Origin: an uncultured Clostridium sp.
GTDB taxonomy: Bacteria > Bacillota > Clostridia > TANB77 > CAG-508
NCBI GenBank assembly: GCA_947570695.1
Contig: CANOVB010000004.1
Coordinates: 97,092 to 161,091 of the forward strand
Direction of reading: 5' to 3'
DNA: 64,000 nucleotides
The notes under the pieces are model-generated. The model did no database searches, was not told the origin of the DNA, and was given only the letters and a program-made list of their open reading frames with translations. Of the stretch, positions 8,330-18,460 are shown piece by piece. How positions within the stretch are numbered: position 1 is the stretch's first letter; each line of letters starts with the position of its first letter. A program made the translations under genes and the position numbers.

Positions 8330-10945
8330 TTATTTTATCATATCTTTCAATTTTACTAATGTATTTAGTGCATCTATTGGTGTAAGTTCATTTACATTTA
8401 TCTTATCTAATTCATGTGATATATCAGCAAGTTTCATATTAAATAAGTCAAATTGTCCTTCTACTTGCTTTTTGTCTTCTTTTTCTTCTTTAACTTTTAC
8501 TCCACCTTTTTCTAGTGAACGTAATATTTTATTTGCCCTTGTAACTACTGCTTTAGGAACTCCAGCAAGTTTAGCAACATGTATACCATAACTCTCATCT
8601 GTTCCACCTTTTATAATTTTTCTTAAGAAAATTATATCTTCTCCTTTTTCTCTTACTTCAACTTGATAATTTTTTATTCCATCAACTTTATCTTCAAGTT
8701 GTAATAATTCATGATAATGTGTTGCAAATAATGTCTTACAGCCTATTTTTTCTTTATCTGCAATATATTCAGCAACAGCCCATGCAATCGATAATCCATC
8801 ATAAGTTGATGTTCCTCTCCCTATCTCATCTAAAATTACTAAGCTTTTTGGTGTAGCCTCTTTTAAAATATTTGATACCTCATTCATTTCAACCATAAAA
8901 GTACTTTGCCCACTACTTAAATCGTCTGAGGCCCCAACCCTTGTAAAAATTTTATCTACTATTCCTATTATTGCCTTATTTGCTGGAACAAAACTTCCAA
9001 TTTGAGCCATTAGAGTTATTATTGCTACTTGGCGCATAAAAGTAGATTTTCCTGCCATATTAGGTCCTGTTATTATTGCTACTCTTGTATCATCACAATC
9101 TAAATAAGTATCGTTTTCAACAAAATTTCCACTATCAATCATTTTTTCTATAACTGGATGACGCCCACCATTTATGTCTATAATATTATCCTCATTAACT
9201 ACTGGGTATGTATAATTATTATTTTCGGCTACAACAGCTAGTCCTGTTAATACATCTACATTAGCAATAGTATTTGCTGAAGTTTGTAGTCTTTCAATAT
9301 TTTTTGCTATTTCATTTCTAATTTCTATAAATGCATCATATTCTAAAGATACGCTTTTCTCTTCTGCACCTAGAATTTTATCTTCTATATTTTTTAGTTC
9401 TTCTGTTATGAATCTTTCTCCCCCTGTTAAAGTTTGCTTTCTAATATAATTTTCTGGAACTTGATTTAAAAAAGATTTTGTTATTTCTATGTAATATCCA
9501 AATACTCTTGTATATCCAACCTTTAGGTTTCTTATTCCTGTTTTTTCTCTTTCTCTTGCTTCTAATGATATAATCCAGTTTTTACCTTCTGTTGAAGCTT
9601 CTCTATATTCATCAATTTCTTTACTAAAACCTTTTTTTATTATTCCACCTTCTTTTATTCCAATAGGTGGTTCTTCAACTATTGAATTATCTATTAAACT
9701 ACATATGTCTTTTAATTCATCTAATTTTTCATATAATTTCTTTAATAAACTGCAATTTGCTATAGATAATATTTGTTTTAAACTTGGAAGATTACTTAAA
9801 GAGTTCTTAAGTGAAATCATATCTCTGGCATTAGCATTTCCATAAGATATCTTACCTGCTAATCTTTCAATATCATATACCTTTTTTAATGTTTCTATTA
9901 TATCTCCTCTAAGCATTATATTATCTTTTAATTCTTTAACAGCATCAAGCCTTTCATTTATTTCTTTTACATCTAATAACGGATCATTTATCCATCTTCT
10001 TAAAAGCCTTCCTCCCATAGAAGTTGATGTTTTATCTAATACCCAAATTAAAGTTCCTTTTTTAGATTTATCTCTCATTCTTTCTGTTAACTCTAGGCTT
10101 CTTCTCGCATTTATATCTAGAGCCATATATTTTTGCACTTCATAAATTTGAATTTTATTTATATGTTCTAATTTTACTTTTTGTGTTTCTGTAAAATAAT
10201 TTAATAATCCATTTACAGCTTCTACAATTAATTTTTCATCATTAAATTCTTCTTTTTGTTTGTCAAAATTATCGATTATTGTATAAAGATTTAATAGTTT
10301 TTCTTCATCATCTTCAAAATTACTATCTTCTCTTACTGTTACAAATGTACTATTTCTATCTTTTAATATATTTAATTCTTTTTCTGAATTTCCCATTGCA
10401 GTATTTACAACAAGTTCTGCTGGTGAATATCTTGCATATTCATCTAATAGTTTTTCAAAATTATTTTCTGGAAGCTTAATTTGCGTTGCATAAAAGTCTC
10501 CAGTGCTAATATCGCAAATTCCTATTCCATAATACATACCTCTTTTAGCTATACTCATTATGTAATTATTTTTCTTTTCTTCTAGCATATTTGTTTCAAT
10601 AACAGTTCCTGGCGTTATAACTCTTATTACATCTCTTTTTACAATTCCTTTTGCATTTTTAGGATCTTCTAATTGTTCACAAATTGCAACTTTATATCCT
10701 TTTGCAATAAGTCTTGAAGTATAAACTTCTGCTGCATGGAATGGAACTCCACACATAGGTGCTTTTTCCTCTAGCCCACAAGATCTACCAGTTAAAGTTA
10801 TTTCTAGTTCTCTTGATGCTACAATCGCATCATCAAAAAACATTTCATAAAAATCGCCTAATCTATAAAATAATATACAATCTTTATATTGCTCTTTTGT
10901 ATTCAAATAATTTTGCATCATAGGTGATATTTCTGCCATATACAT
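8330..10945 (-). CDS. mutS: DNA mismatch repair protein MutS
   Basis: 871 aa. Walker A GPNMAGKSTFMRQ. Conserved N-terminal mismatch-recognition region (GDFYE…F), clamp/lever domains, C-terminal HTH-like tail. Confidence 0.95.
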   Translation of the reverse strand: MYMAEISPMMQNYLNTKEQYKDCILFYRLGDFYEMFFDDAIVASRELEITLTGRSCGLEEKAPMCGVPFHAAEVYTSRLIAKGYKVAICEQLEDPKNAKGIVKRDVIRVITPGTVIETNMLEEKKNNYIMSIAKRGMYYGIGICDISTGDFYATQIKLPENNFEKLLDEYARYSPAELVVNTAMGNSEKELNILKDRNSTFVTVREDSNFEDDEEKLLNLYTIIDNFDKQKEEFNDEKLIVEAVNGLLNYFTETQKVKLEHINKIQIYEVQKYMALDINARRSLELTERMRDKSKKGTLIWVLDKTSTSMGGRLLRRWINDPLLDVKEINERLDAVKELKDNIMLRGDIIETLKKVYDIERLAGKISYGNANARDMISLKNSLSNLPSLKQILSIANCSLLKKLYEKLDELKDICSLIDNSIVEEPPIGIKEGGIIKKGFSKEIDEYREASTEGKNWIISLEAREREKTGIRNLKVGYTRVFGYYIEITKSFLNQVPENYIRKQTLTGGERFITEELKNIEDKILGAEEKSVSLEYDAFIEIRNEIAKNIERLQTSANTIANVDVLTGLAVVAENNNYTYPVVNEDNIIDINGGRHPVIEKMIDSGNFVENDTYLDCDDTRVAIITGPNMAGKSTFMRQVAIITLMAQIGSFVPANKAIIGIVDKIFTRVGASDDLSSGQSTFMVEMNEVSNILKEATPKSLVILDEIGRGTSTYDGLSIAWAVAEYIADKEKIGCKTLFATHYHELLQLEDKVDGIKNYQVEVREKGEDIIFLRKIIKGGTDESYGIHVAKLAGVPKAVVTRANKILRSLEKGGVKVKEEKEDKKQVEGQFDLFNMKLADISHELDKINVNELTPIDALNTLVKLKDMIK

Positions 10946-11067
10946 CCTCTTTTCTATTTTTATTAGTATATTTAATTCTTAATTTCTATTTTACTTTTTC
11001 TTCAAATTTTATTTTTATATTTTATTATTTATATTAAATTTTATTTAATATTTAATTTAATTTTTTA

Positions 11068-11622
11068 TTATTTTAACTCATCTAAATTTATTTCACTATT
11101 ATCTAAGTCAAATATTTCTACATTTTCAATTATTATTTTTAATATATTTTCTTTTAATCCATTATTTATAAAAAATGAAAACTTATCACTTAAATAATCT
11201 GGTTTAAAAGTTAAAATCTCCCCTCTATCTTGAATTATAATTTTTTGAGATTCCCTATCCTCAACTACTAAATTTAATAATCTAATATTTTGTTCTAATT
11301 CTCCTTTTTTCATACTTAAAAATTCTGGAGTTACTTCTAATGCATTTTTTATTTCTTCTTCATTTAAATATTTTTTTAGTATATCTCCATTTTGTACAAT
11401 AGTTTCTAAGTTTTCTGTTACAAAAGTTATATCTTCTTCTATTACAATTCTTATTTGTCTTGCATCTAATCCTAAAGAAATTAAATATTTTATTTTTTCA
11501 TGTAATACCTTTCTATCAATTTCATTACTTGCATACTCTAATATAGAAGAAATTTCCTCTTCATCAAATCCAATTTTCCTAAGATATTCTTTTATAGTTA
11601 TTTCCTGTTTTTCCATGTACAA
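11068..11622 (-). CDS. Hypothetical protein with mTERF-like repeat motifs
   Basis: 184 aa. Segment KIKYLISLGLDARQIRIVIEEDITFV…LKKYL fits the mTERF LxxLGxxxxQIxxIxxxxPxIL repeat pattern. No other recognisable motif. Confidence 0.45.
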   Translation of the reverse strand: MYMEKQEITIKEYLRKIGFDEEEISSILEYASNEIDRKVLHEKIKYLISLGLDARQIRIVIEEDITFVTENLETIVQNGDILKKYLNEEEIKNALEVTPEFLSMKKGELEQNIRLLNLVVEDRESQKIIIQDRGEILTFKPDYLSDKFSFFINNGLKENILKIIIENVEIFDLDNSEINLDELK

Positions 11623-11652
11623 AGTTCCTCTCTTTTACTCTACTTTTTTAAA

Positions 11653-12693
11653 TTATCTCTCATCAAAATACTCATCATCACCATATTCTTCTCTTACATC
11701 AAATTCACTCATCAAATTTTTAGGATCAATATTATAGCTTTCTAGTCTTCTTGTTGTTAAAAACAGCTCTCCTTCTCTGCCCTTTTTTTCCCATAACTTT
11801 ATTAAAGAATACATAAATTCTGGTGAAGTTCTAAAAGCTCTTGGTTTTTTTAATGCAAATTCTAATGTTCCAAAATCTTTTAATATCCTAATTTGTAATG
11901 CTGTTCTTTGAATAGAACTTCCAAGTATTGCAGGATTATGTTTTAATACTCTTGAGCTATCTTCAAAACCTAAATGTTTATAATCTAAAGCTTCTACTAC
12001 TGGTTTTATTTTATCTGATAAGCTCATTGATAACATTGTTGGGAAATCAAACATCATCCTTAACAAATCATCTTTAGATATCCTTGCATCAGAATCTAGT
12101 ACCTCAGAATTTCTTTTTTCAAAATAGTTTATTAATCTATTATATTTTCTGTCAAGCATTTCATATGGATATGTATTTCTACCAGAAAAGGTTCTTCTAA
12201 TATTTAATCTTTTATATATACATTTTTTCTTTTCTGCTTCTGATAAATTTTCAAAAAAATCTTTTTCTTGATTAAAGTTTTGATTATCTCTTAAAATTTT
12301 TTCAAATTCTTTTATAGCAATTTTATCTCCATCTAAAAAGTCAATTATTGCCTTTCTTACTGTTTCTCTATTTTTTCTAAGTACTTCTGAAACTTTTGTT
12401 AAAGATTTTCTTTCTTCTACAATTTGTTTATATGCTAATTCTATTTGCTCTTCTGTTAAGTCTTCACTTGAAACTTCATCTAAAGAAGTAACTTCTTTAT
12501 GCATTTTTTGGCTTGCTTTTCTTAAAGCTAGTTTTATTGCATTTTCTTCACTACTATTTGCATATTTATCAAGTATATTGCTTATTTTAGTTCTTCCATA
12601 TCCAGAATGCAATCATGAAATTTCTCTAATAGATAGTCTCTTATTAACATATTCATCAATAATTTGTAATTCTATTTCATCAAATTTAATCAT
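11653..12693 (-). pseudogene. HTH regulator with C-terminal mTERF-like repeats, interrupted by an in-frame TGA at 12613-12615. Alternatively two ORFs: a 26-aa leader 12616-12693 plus the 319-aa ORF 11653-12612 starting at TTG.
   Basis: The ATG at 12693 lies 2 nt after the miaB stop. The frame reads MIKFDEIELQIIDEYVNKRLSIREIS-TGA-LHSGYGRTKISNILDKY…, so the stop falls inside a helix-turn-helix (LSIREIS/GYGRTKISNIL). The C-terminal part carries a clear mTERF-like repeat (VVEALDYKHLGFEDSSRVLKHNPAILGSSIQRTALQIRILKDFG). Confidence 0.45.
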
Positions 12694-12694
12694 G

Positions 12695-14065
12695 TTATAC
12701 TATTTCTCCTTTTAAATACCATTTATGAGTTTCTATAATTTTTACAGAAACAATATCTCCTATTTTATTTTCTTCATTTGGATTAAATATAACTACTTTA
12801 TTTGTATTTGTTCTTCCTTCTAACATTTGTTCATTATTTTTACTTTTCCCTTCAATTAACAAACTTTGAATAGTATTTAAGTATTTTTCATTATTTTCAT
12901 CAACTCTTGATTCATAAAGCTCTTTTAGTTTATCAAATCTTTTATGTTTTATTTCTTCTGGAACCTGATCTTCTCTTTTATCAGCTACAGTTCCTTCTCT
13001 TTTGGAATATATAAACATAAATATTTGTTCAAAATTTACTTTTTTTACTACATCTAATGTATCATCAAATTCTTCATCAGTTTCACCTGGAAAACCTACT
13101 ATTATATCTGTTGAAAAAACTACATTTGGTATTTTTTCTTTCATTTTTTCTACTAACATTAAATATTGTTCTTTAGTATATTTTCTATTCATTTCTTTTA
13201 GTACTTTAGTATTTCCAGATTGAAGAGGAAGATGTATTATCCTAGTAATTTTTTCATTTTTAGCAATTACTTCTATTACGTCATCTGTAAAATCTTTTGG
13301 ATGAGGTGATATAAAATTAACTCTTTCTATTCCATCTATTTTACAAACTTCATTTAATAGTTCAGCAAAATTTTTTATATTGCCATTTCCTATATAAGAA
13401 TTCACATTTTGACCTAAAAGTGTTATTTCTTTATACCCCTCATTTGATAACTCTTTTACTTCTTCTAAAATTTTCTCAGGATTTCTACTTCTTTCTCTAC
13501 CTCTTACATATGGAACTATACAATATGTGCAAAAATTGTTGCATCCATACATTATTGTAACTGATGCTTTAAAATTACTTGTTCTTTTTATTGGTAATCC
13601 CTCATAAATTTCACCATCTATATCTAATATATCTTTTACCTTTTCATTTTTTATTATAGCTTTATAAATATTTTCTGGTAAATTTTGCATTGTATGTGTA
13701 CCAAATATTACATTAACAAAAGGATAGCTGTTTTTTATTTTTTCCAACATATTTTTCTCTTGCATCATGCAACCGCCTATTGCTAAAATAACATTTCTGT
13801 TTTCTTTAATCTTTTTTATTTCACCAATTTTTCCAAATAATCTTTCTTCTGCGTTTTCTCTAACACAGCAAGTATTAAAAATAACTAAATCTGCATTTTT
13901 ATAATCATCTATTTGATAATATCCCATATTTTCAAGCATTCCAGCAATTTTTTCAGAATCGTTTTCATTTAATTGGCATCCCATAGTTAATATAGAATAT
14001 TTTAAATTTTTTCCTTTATTTTTTTCTTTTACTAATCTAATAAACTCTTCTTGATTTTCTTGCAC
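12695..14065 (-). CDS. miaB: tRNA-2-methylthio-N6-dimethylallyladenosine synthase (radical-SAM methylthiotransferase) MiaB
   Basis: 456 aa. N-terminal MTTase domain (MGCQLNENDS). Radical-SAM CxxxCxxC (CNNFCTYC). C-terminal TRAM domain. Confidence 0.9.
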   Translation of the reverse strand: MQENQEEFIRLVKEKNKGKNLKYSILTMGCQLNENDSEKIAGMLENMGYYQIDDYKNADLVIFNTCCVRENAEERLFGKIGEIKKIKENRNVILAIGGCMMQEKNMLEKIKNSYPFVNVIFGTHTMQNLPENIYKAIIKNEKVKDILDIDGEIYEGLPIKRTSNFKASVTIMYGCNNFCTYCIVPYVRGRERSRNPEKILEEVKELSNEGYKEITLLGQNVNSYIGNGNIKNFAELLNEVCKIDGIERVNFISPHPKDFTDDVIEVIAKNEKITRIIHLPLQSGNTKVLKEMNRKYTKEQYLMLVEKMKEKIPNVVFSTDIIVGFPGETDEEFDDTLDVVKKVNFEQIFMFIYSKREGTVADKREDQVPEEIKHKRFDKLKELYESRVDENNEKYLNTIQSLLIEGKSKNNEQMLEGRTNTNKVVIFNPNEENKIGDIVSVKIIETHKWYLKGEIV

Positions 14066-14220
14066 CTTTATTCCTCCAATACTTTCACTATTTTATAACA
14101 CTTTTTGTGTTTTTTCAAGTACAAAAAATGCACTCATATTTGCATGATTTTTACTTTTTGATTGTTTTATTTTTTCATTTTATATATAATAAATATAAAT
14201 AAATTTAATTTGGAGATAAA

Positions 14221-14991
14221 ATGAACTATTACGATATTTTAGGTGTAGATAAAGCTGCTTCTAGTGAAGAAATTAAAGAAGCTTATAAAAAACTTATTAA
14301 AAAATATCACCCAGATTTATATCAAGGTGATAAAGCATTTGCCGAGAAAAAAACAAAAGAAATAAATGTTGCTTATGATATATTATCAAATCCAGAAACT
14401 AAAAAAAATTATGATGAAGAAATCTCACCACCCCTTGAAAATATAACTTATGAATATACTCCACCAAAATACAATAATCCATCTTCTTATTCTTATTACA
14501 AAAATACTTCAAATAATTATTCTGAATTTGGTGATTATAATAAAAGATATACTAATTATCATCGCTCAAAAATTCCAAATTCTAACTATACTTATGAAAA
14601 AAACATTCATGATGAATTTTCAGATAATATTGTAAAATCAATAGATAAATTATCTTTTTCTACTAAAATAAAGGGATTAATTATATTATTACTTGTGTAT
14701 TTATTTATAATGGTTCTTGCATTATATAATTTTAGTTCATTTTATAAAGGTGAAACCACTGGAACTATATTAAATCAAAAAAAAGCCATACCAAACAATA
14801 ATACTATTATTAATAATACTACTGCTCCACAAACTAAGCCTGATAATTTTGAAGATTTCAATATTAATGAATATTATTCTAATGAGGAACTTTACAAATT
14901 ATACCAAGATAATTATTCAGATATATTTAGTACATTTGGAGAATTTAAAAAAGCATTTTCTTATTATGTTTACTTATACTATAACTTTTAA
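14221..14991 (+). CDS. J-domain (DnaJ-like) protein with Asn/Tyr-rich low-complexity region and one TM helix
   Basis: N-terminal J-domain (YYDILGV…HPD motif in [10 protein letters not shown]). No zinc-finger or C-terminal DnaJ domain. Hydrophobic segment [17 protein letters not shown]. Confidence 0.7.
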   Translation: MNYYDILGVDKAASSEEIKEAYKKLIKKYHPDLYQGDKAFAEKKTKEINVAYDILSNPETKKNYDEEISPPLENITYEYTPPKYNNPSSYSYYKNTSNNYSEFGDYNKRYTNYHRSKIPNSNYTYEKNIHDEFSDNIVKSIDKLSFSTKIKGLIILLLVYLFIMVLALYNFSSFYKGETTGTILNQKKAIPNNNTIINNTTAPQTKPDNFEDFNINEYYSNEELYKLYQDNYSDIFSTFGEFKKAFSYYVYLYYNF

Positions 14992-15094
14992 TCAAACTCT
15001 ATGTACAAAAATCTATTTTTAGAATATAATATCTTAAAATAAGTTCTATAACTTTATTTTAAAATTATAAACTTTTCATATAAGGAGGATAAAT

Positions 15095-16093
15095 ATGAAA
15101 GAATATAAATTAGCTGTTATAGGTGCTACTGGATTAGTTGGTAGAAAAGTAATTGAAGTTTTACAAGAATACAATTTACCAATTTCTAGTTGTGAATTTT
15201 TTGCAACAAGAAAATCAGCTGGAACAGACTTTTTCTTTAATGGAAAACAAGTTTTAGTAAAAGAATTAAAAGATGATTCTTTTGAAGAAGGATTTGATTT
15301 TGCAATTTTCTCAGCTGGTGGTGATGCAGCAAAACATTATGCTCCTATTGCAGCAGCTACTGGATGTATCGTTGTTGATAATAGTAGCGCATTTAGAATG
15401 GATCCTAATGTGCCTCTAGTTGTACCTGAAGTAAATCCTGAAGAAATAAAAAATAATCATGGAATAATTGCTAATCCTAATTGCTCAACTATTCAAGCTG
15501 TTGTTCCTTTAAAAGCTTTAGATGATAAATATAAAATTAAGAGAATTGTTTACTCTACATACCAAGCTGTTTCTGGTGCTGGTCATGAGGGTGTTGCAGA
15601 TTTAGAAAGAGGCTTAAATGGAGAAGAGCCTCACAAATTCCCTTATCCTATTGTAAATAATTGTCTTCCTCATATTGATACTTTTATGGAGAATGGATAC
15701 ACTCGTGAAGAAGAAAAAATGATAAATGAAACTAGAAAAATACTTAAAAATCCAGATTTAAAAATTACTGCAACTACAGTTCGTGTACCAGTTATGAACT
15801 CTCATAGTGAATCTATAAATGTTGAATTTGAAGAAAAATTCGATTTAGATGAATTAAAAAATGTTTTAAAAAATGCTAAAGGTGTTATTGTTCAAGATGA
15901 TATAGAAAATAATGTTTATCCGTTAGCTACAACTGCTAATGGTCATGATGAAAGTTTTGTTGGTAGAATAAGAAGAGATTTTAGTTTAGAATCTGGAATT
16001 AATTTTTGGTGTGTAGCTGACAATATTAGAAAAGGTGCTGCTTCTAATGCTGTTCAAATAGTTCAAAAATTAATTGAATTTGATGAACAATAA
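15095..16093 (+). CDS. asd: Aspartate-semialdehyde dehydrogenase
   Basis: 332 aa. N-terminal Rossmann AVIGATGLVGRK. Active-site Cys context NPNCSTI. Strong RBS AGGAGG upstream. Confidence 0.9.
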   Translation: MKEYKLAVIGATGLVGRKVIEVLQEYNLPISSCEFFATRKSAGTDFFFNGKQVLVKELKDDSFEEGFDFAIFSAGGDAAKHYAPIAAATGCIVVDNSSAFRMDPNVPLVVPEVNPEEIKNNHGIIANPNCSTIQAVVPLKALDDKYKIKRIVYSTYQAVSGAGHEGVADLERGLNGEEPHKFPYPIVNNCLPHIDTFMENGYTREEEKMINETRKILKNPDLKITATTVRVPVMNSHSESINVEFEEKFDLDELKNVLKNAKGVIVQDDIENNVYPLATTANGHDESFVGRIRRDFSLESGINFWCVADNIRKGAASNAVQIVQKLIEFDEQ

Positions 16094-16151
16094 TAAAATT
16101 CTCAAAGTAAAATCTTTATATTATAGAAAATTGCTCTGCAATTCCTATAAT

Positions 16152-16186
16152 ACAAAAAATGGGAGCTTTGAAAGCTCCCATTTTTA
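16152..16186. terminator. Bidirectional rho-independent terminator between convergent asd and a lipoprotein gene
   Basis: Stem GGGAGCTTT/AAAGCTCCC (16161-16180) with 2-nt loop. A-run upstream and T-run downstream. Confidence 0.6.
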
Positions 16187-16894
16187 ATCTCCAATTTTTT
16201 CTATAAAACTAATATACTTCTGTTTACTTAATTCTAATTCTTCTAAATTTACTGCATTTTTAAATTCTTCTAGCAATATATATATTTTATTTAAATTATA
16301 AGAATGTTCCTTCATAAAATCTACATCATCCATCATTTCTTTATACTTATTTTCTGCTGATATAACTGTACTTTTAGCATCTTCCCATTCCAAAGAATTG
16401 CAAAATGAAAAACTTGATAATACTAATGATTTTAATTTCATTATATTTACTTTGTTTTTATCATTTCCTTCATATTTCTCCAAATATGTTGGAAGTAATG
16501 AATAAACATAACTTATTTTATCTAAAAAAACTTTTTCATCTTCATTTGATATTGCTATTAATATATTATTAATCTCATTTCTTAAAGTTATTAGTTCTTC
16601 ATTTGATATATTAACCTCAGATAAATCTAGCATTATAGTATCTAATACATCATTTATTTTTTGTGCATCGTCATTTACATCCTGCCATTTTATCTTATCT
16701 TCGGATTGATACTCACCTTTTGTATATTTATTTACTACAGTAAAAATTTCTTCTTCTAAATATTTTATTTCTTCATTTGTTTTATCTTGAATTGTTTTGT
16801 CTTCATTATTTAATGAGCAACCTGTCATACAAAAAAGGCAAAAAATTATAAAAAGTATATATTTTAAAAATTTATTTAGTTTTTCCCTATTCAT
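16184..16894 (-). CDS. Putative lipoprotein (hypothetical)
   Basis: 236 aa. Signal peptide plus lipobox-like LFCMTGCSL. Acidic coiled-coil-like remainder. Confidence 0.55.
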   Translation of the reverse strand: MNREKLNKFLKYILFIIFCLFCMTGCSLNNEDKTIQDKTNEEIKYLEEEIFTVVNKYTKGEYQSEDKIKWQDVNDDAQKINDVLDTIMLDLSEVNISNEELITLRNEINNILIAISNEDEKVFLDKISYVYSLLPTYLEKYEGNDKNKVNIMKLKSLVLSSFSFCNSLEWEDAKSTVISAENKYKEMMDDVDFMKEHSYNLNKIYILLEEFKNAVNLEELELSKQKYISFIEKIGD

Positions 16895-17080
16895 TTATAC
16901 TTCCTTCCATATTTTATAAAGCTTTATATTATTATTTTATAATTTTAGGAAATTTATACTAAGAATAAAAAATTTTTTTCTGCTAATAATAAATTTAATC
17001 TAGAATAATAGTGAATAACAAGTAATGCTTAAAAAGTTTTACTAAGCATCTCTATTTTTCGAATTTGTATTAAAAAACTT

Positions 17081-17404
17081 TTGGTAAAAAAACTGGAAAA
17101 ACTTTATTTAAAAGGAATTTTTATGAAAACTTCAATAAATTTTTATAGTGAAATAGCAGGTGAAATAAAAAAATTCTTAGAAAACTATTATTCTAAGAAC
17201 TTTGAACTTTCTGATAATTTAACTTATGCCCAAGAATTTGATAATCCTATTGATATGATAGATATTATAAGTTGCTTTATTGACAATAATGAAAAATTTA
17301 AAATGAGTCTATGGATAAGCTTGGATAAAGATGTATATATATGTGTTACAGAAAAAAATCTTAATAACCTAATAAAATACATTTATGAAAGATATCCATA
17401 TTAA
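17081..17404 (+). CDS. Hypothetical small protein
   Basis: 107-aa ORF with no recognisable motif. The start may be the internal Met (MKTSINFY…). Confidence 0.35.
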   Translation: MVKKLEKLYLKGIFMKTSINFYSEIAGEIKKFLENYYSKNFELSDNLTYAQEFDNPIDMIDIISCFIDNNEKFKMSLWISLDKDVYICVTEKNLNNLIKYIYERYPY

Positions 17405-17408
17405 ATAT

Positions 17409-17849
17409 CTATTTTTCTAAAATTATTGTAACTGGTCCGTCATTTACTAAAGAAACTTTCATATCTGCTCCAAAAACTCCTTTTTCCACAATAACACCCT
17501 GTTCTTTACACTTTTTTAAAAAATATTCATATAAAGGTTCTGCCTTTTCAGGTCTTGCAGCCGCTATAAAACTTGGTCTGTTTCCACTTCCCATACTATC
17601 TGCATATAATGTAAATTGAGAAATAATTAAAAGTTCCCCTTTTACATCTTTTAAAGACAAATTCATTTTCTCATTTTTATCTTCAAAAATCCTCAAATTA
17701 CATAATTTTCTTGCTAAAACATCTGCATTTTTTTCTGTATCCTCATGTGTTATACCACATAAAACTAAAAAACCTTTATTTATTCTTCCTACTGTTTTTC
17801 TTTCTACTTCTACACTTGCACTTGAAACTCTTTGAACTACTAATTTCAT
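17409..17849 (-). CDS. dtd: D-aminoacyl-tRNA deacylase
   Basis: 146 aa. MKLVVQRV start, SQFTLYAD and GNRPSF signature motifs. Confidence 0.9.
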   Translation of the reverse strand: MKLVVQRVSSASVEVERKTVGRINKGFLVLCGITHEDTEKNADVLARKLCNLRIFEDKNEKMNLSLKDVKGELLIISQFTLYADSMGSGNRPSFIAAARPEKAEPLYEYFLKKCKEQGVIVEKGVFGADMKVSLVNDGPVTIILEK

Positions 17850-17898
17850 AATTTCTTCCTAACTTTTAAAAACTAAATATTATTTTGAATCAGATTTT

Positions 17899-18390
17899 TT
17901 ATTTATTTTCTTCATTATTGTTTTCATTTTCTGTTTCTTCTGATTTTGAAGTTACATCATTTACTTCTATAACTTCTGCCTCTTTTGCTGTTTTAGGTTC
18001 TTCTTTTTTTATTTCAACTTTCTCTATTTTAGGTTGCTCTTTTCCACATTTTGAGCAAAATTCTGCTGACAATTCTAATTCAACACCACAATTTATGCAT
18101 TTTTTTATTTTTTTAACTGCTAAAATTTCAGTTTCCAATTTTGAAATTTCATCTTTGCTTCTTGATATTTCTTCGCATTTAGCTATAACAGCTTCCTTTG
18201 AAACATCCTTTCCCTCATTTACTTCTTTATAAACAATTTCTCCAATTTCAGAATATCCTTTTTGTATTTTTTCCTTTAAATCACTTATTTTTCCTTTTAG
18301 TTTTAACTCCTCTGATAATGTTGTAGCCTTCTCTTTTGTAGCTTGGTAAGTTTCACTTGCTTTTTTACCTAATTTGTTTAAAAAATCCAT
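17899..18390 (-). CDS. Zinc-ribbon containing coiled-coil protein (hypothetical)
   Basis: 163 aa. CxxC…CxxC (CINCGVELELSAEFCSKCG) preceded by a coiled-coil region. Acidic tail. Confidence 0.5.
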   Translation of the reverse strand: MDFLNKLGKKASETYQATKEKATTLSEELKLKGKISDLKEKIQKGYSEIGEIVYKEVNEGKDVSKEAVIAKCEEISRSKDEISKLETEILAVKKIKKCINCGVELELSAEFCSKCGKEQPKIEKVEIKKEEPKTAKEAEVIEVNDVTSKSEETENENNNEENK

Positions 18391-18460
18391 TTTTAATACC
18401 TCCTACTTTTATTTTTACTTATTTTACTTATTTTATTTATTTTTCTCTATTTATATTATT

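Noticed and set aside
12613-12615. Alternative genetic code (UGA as a sense codon) as the explanation for the in-frame TGA
   Set aside because: All other long ORFs (mutS, asnB, der, helicase and others) are full-length under code 11, and several end in TGA or TAG as ordinary stops. A genome-wide reassignment would fragment them.
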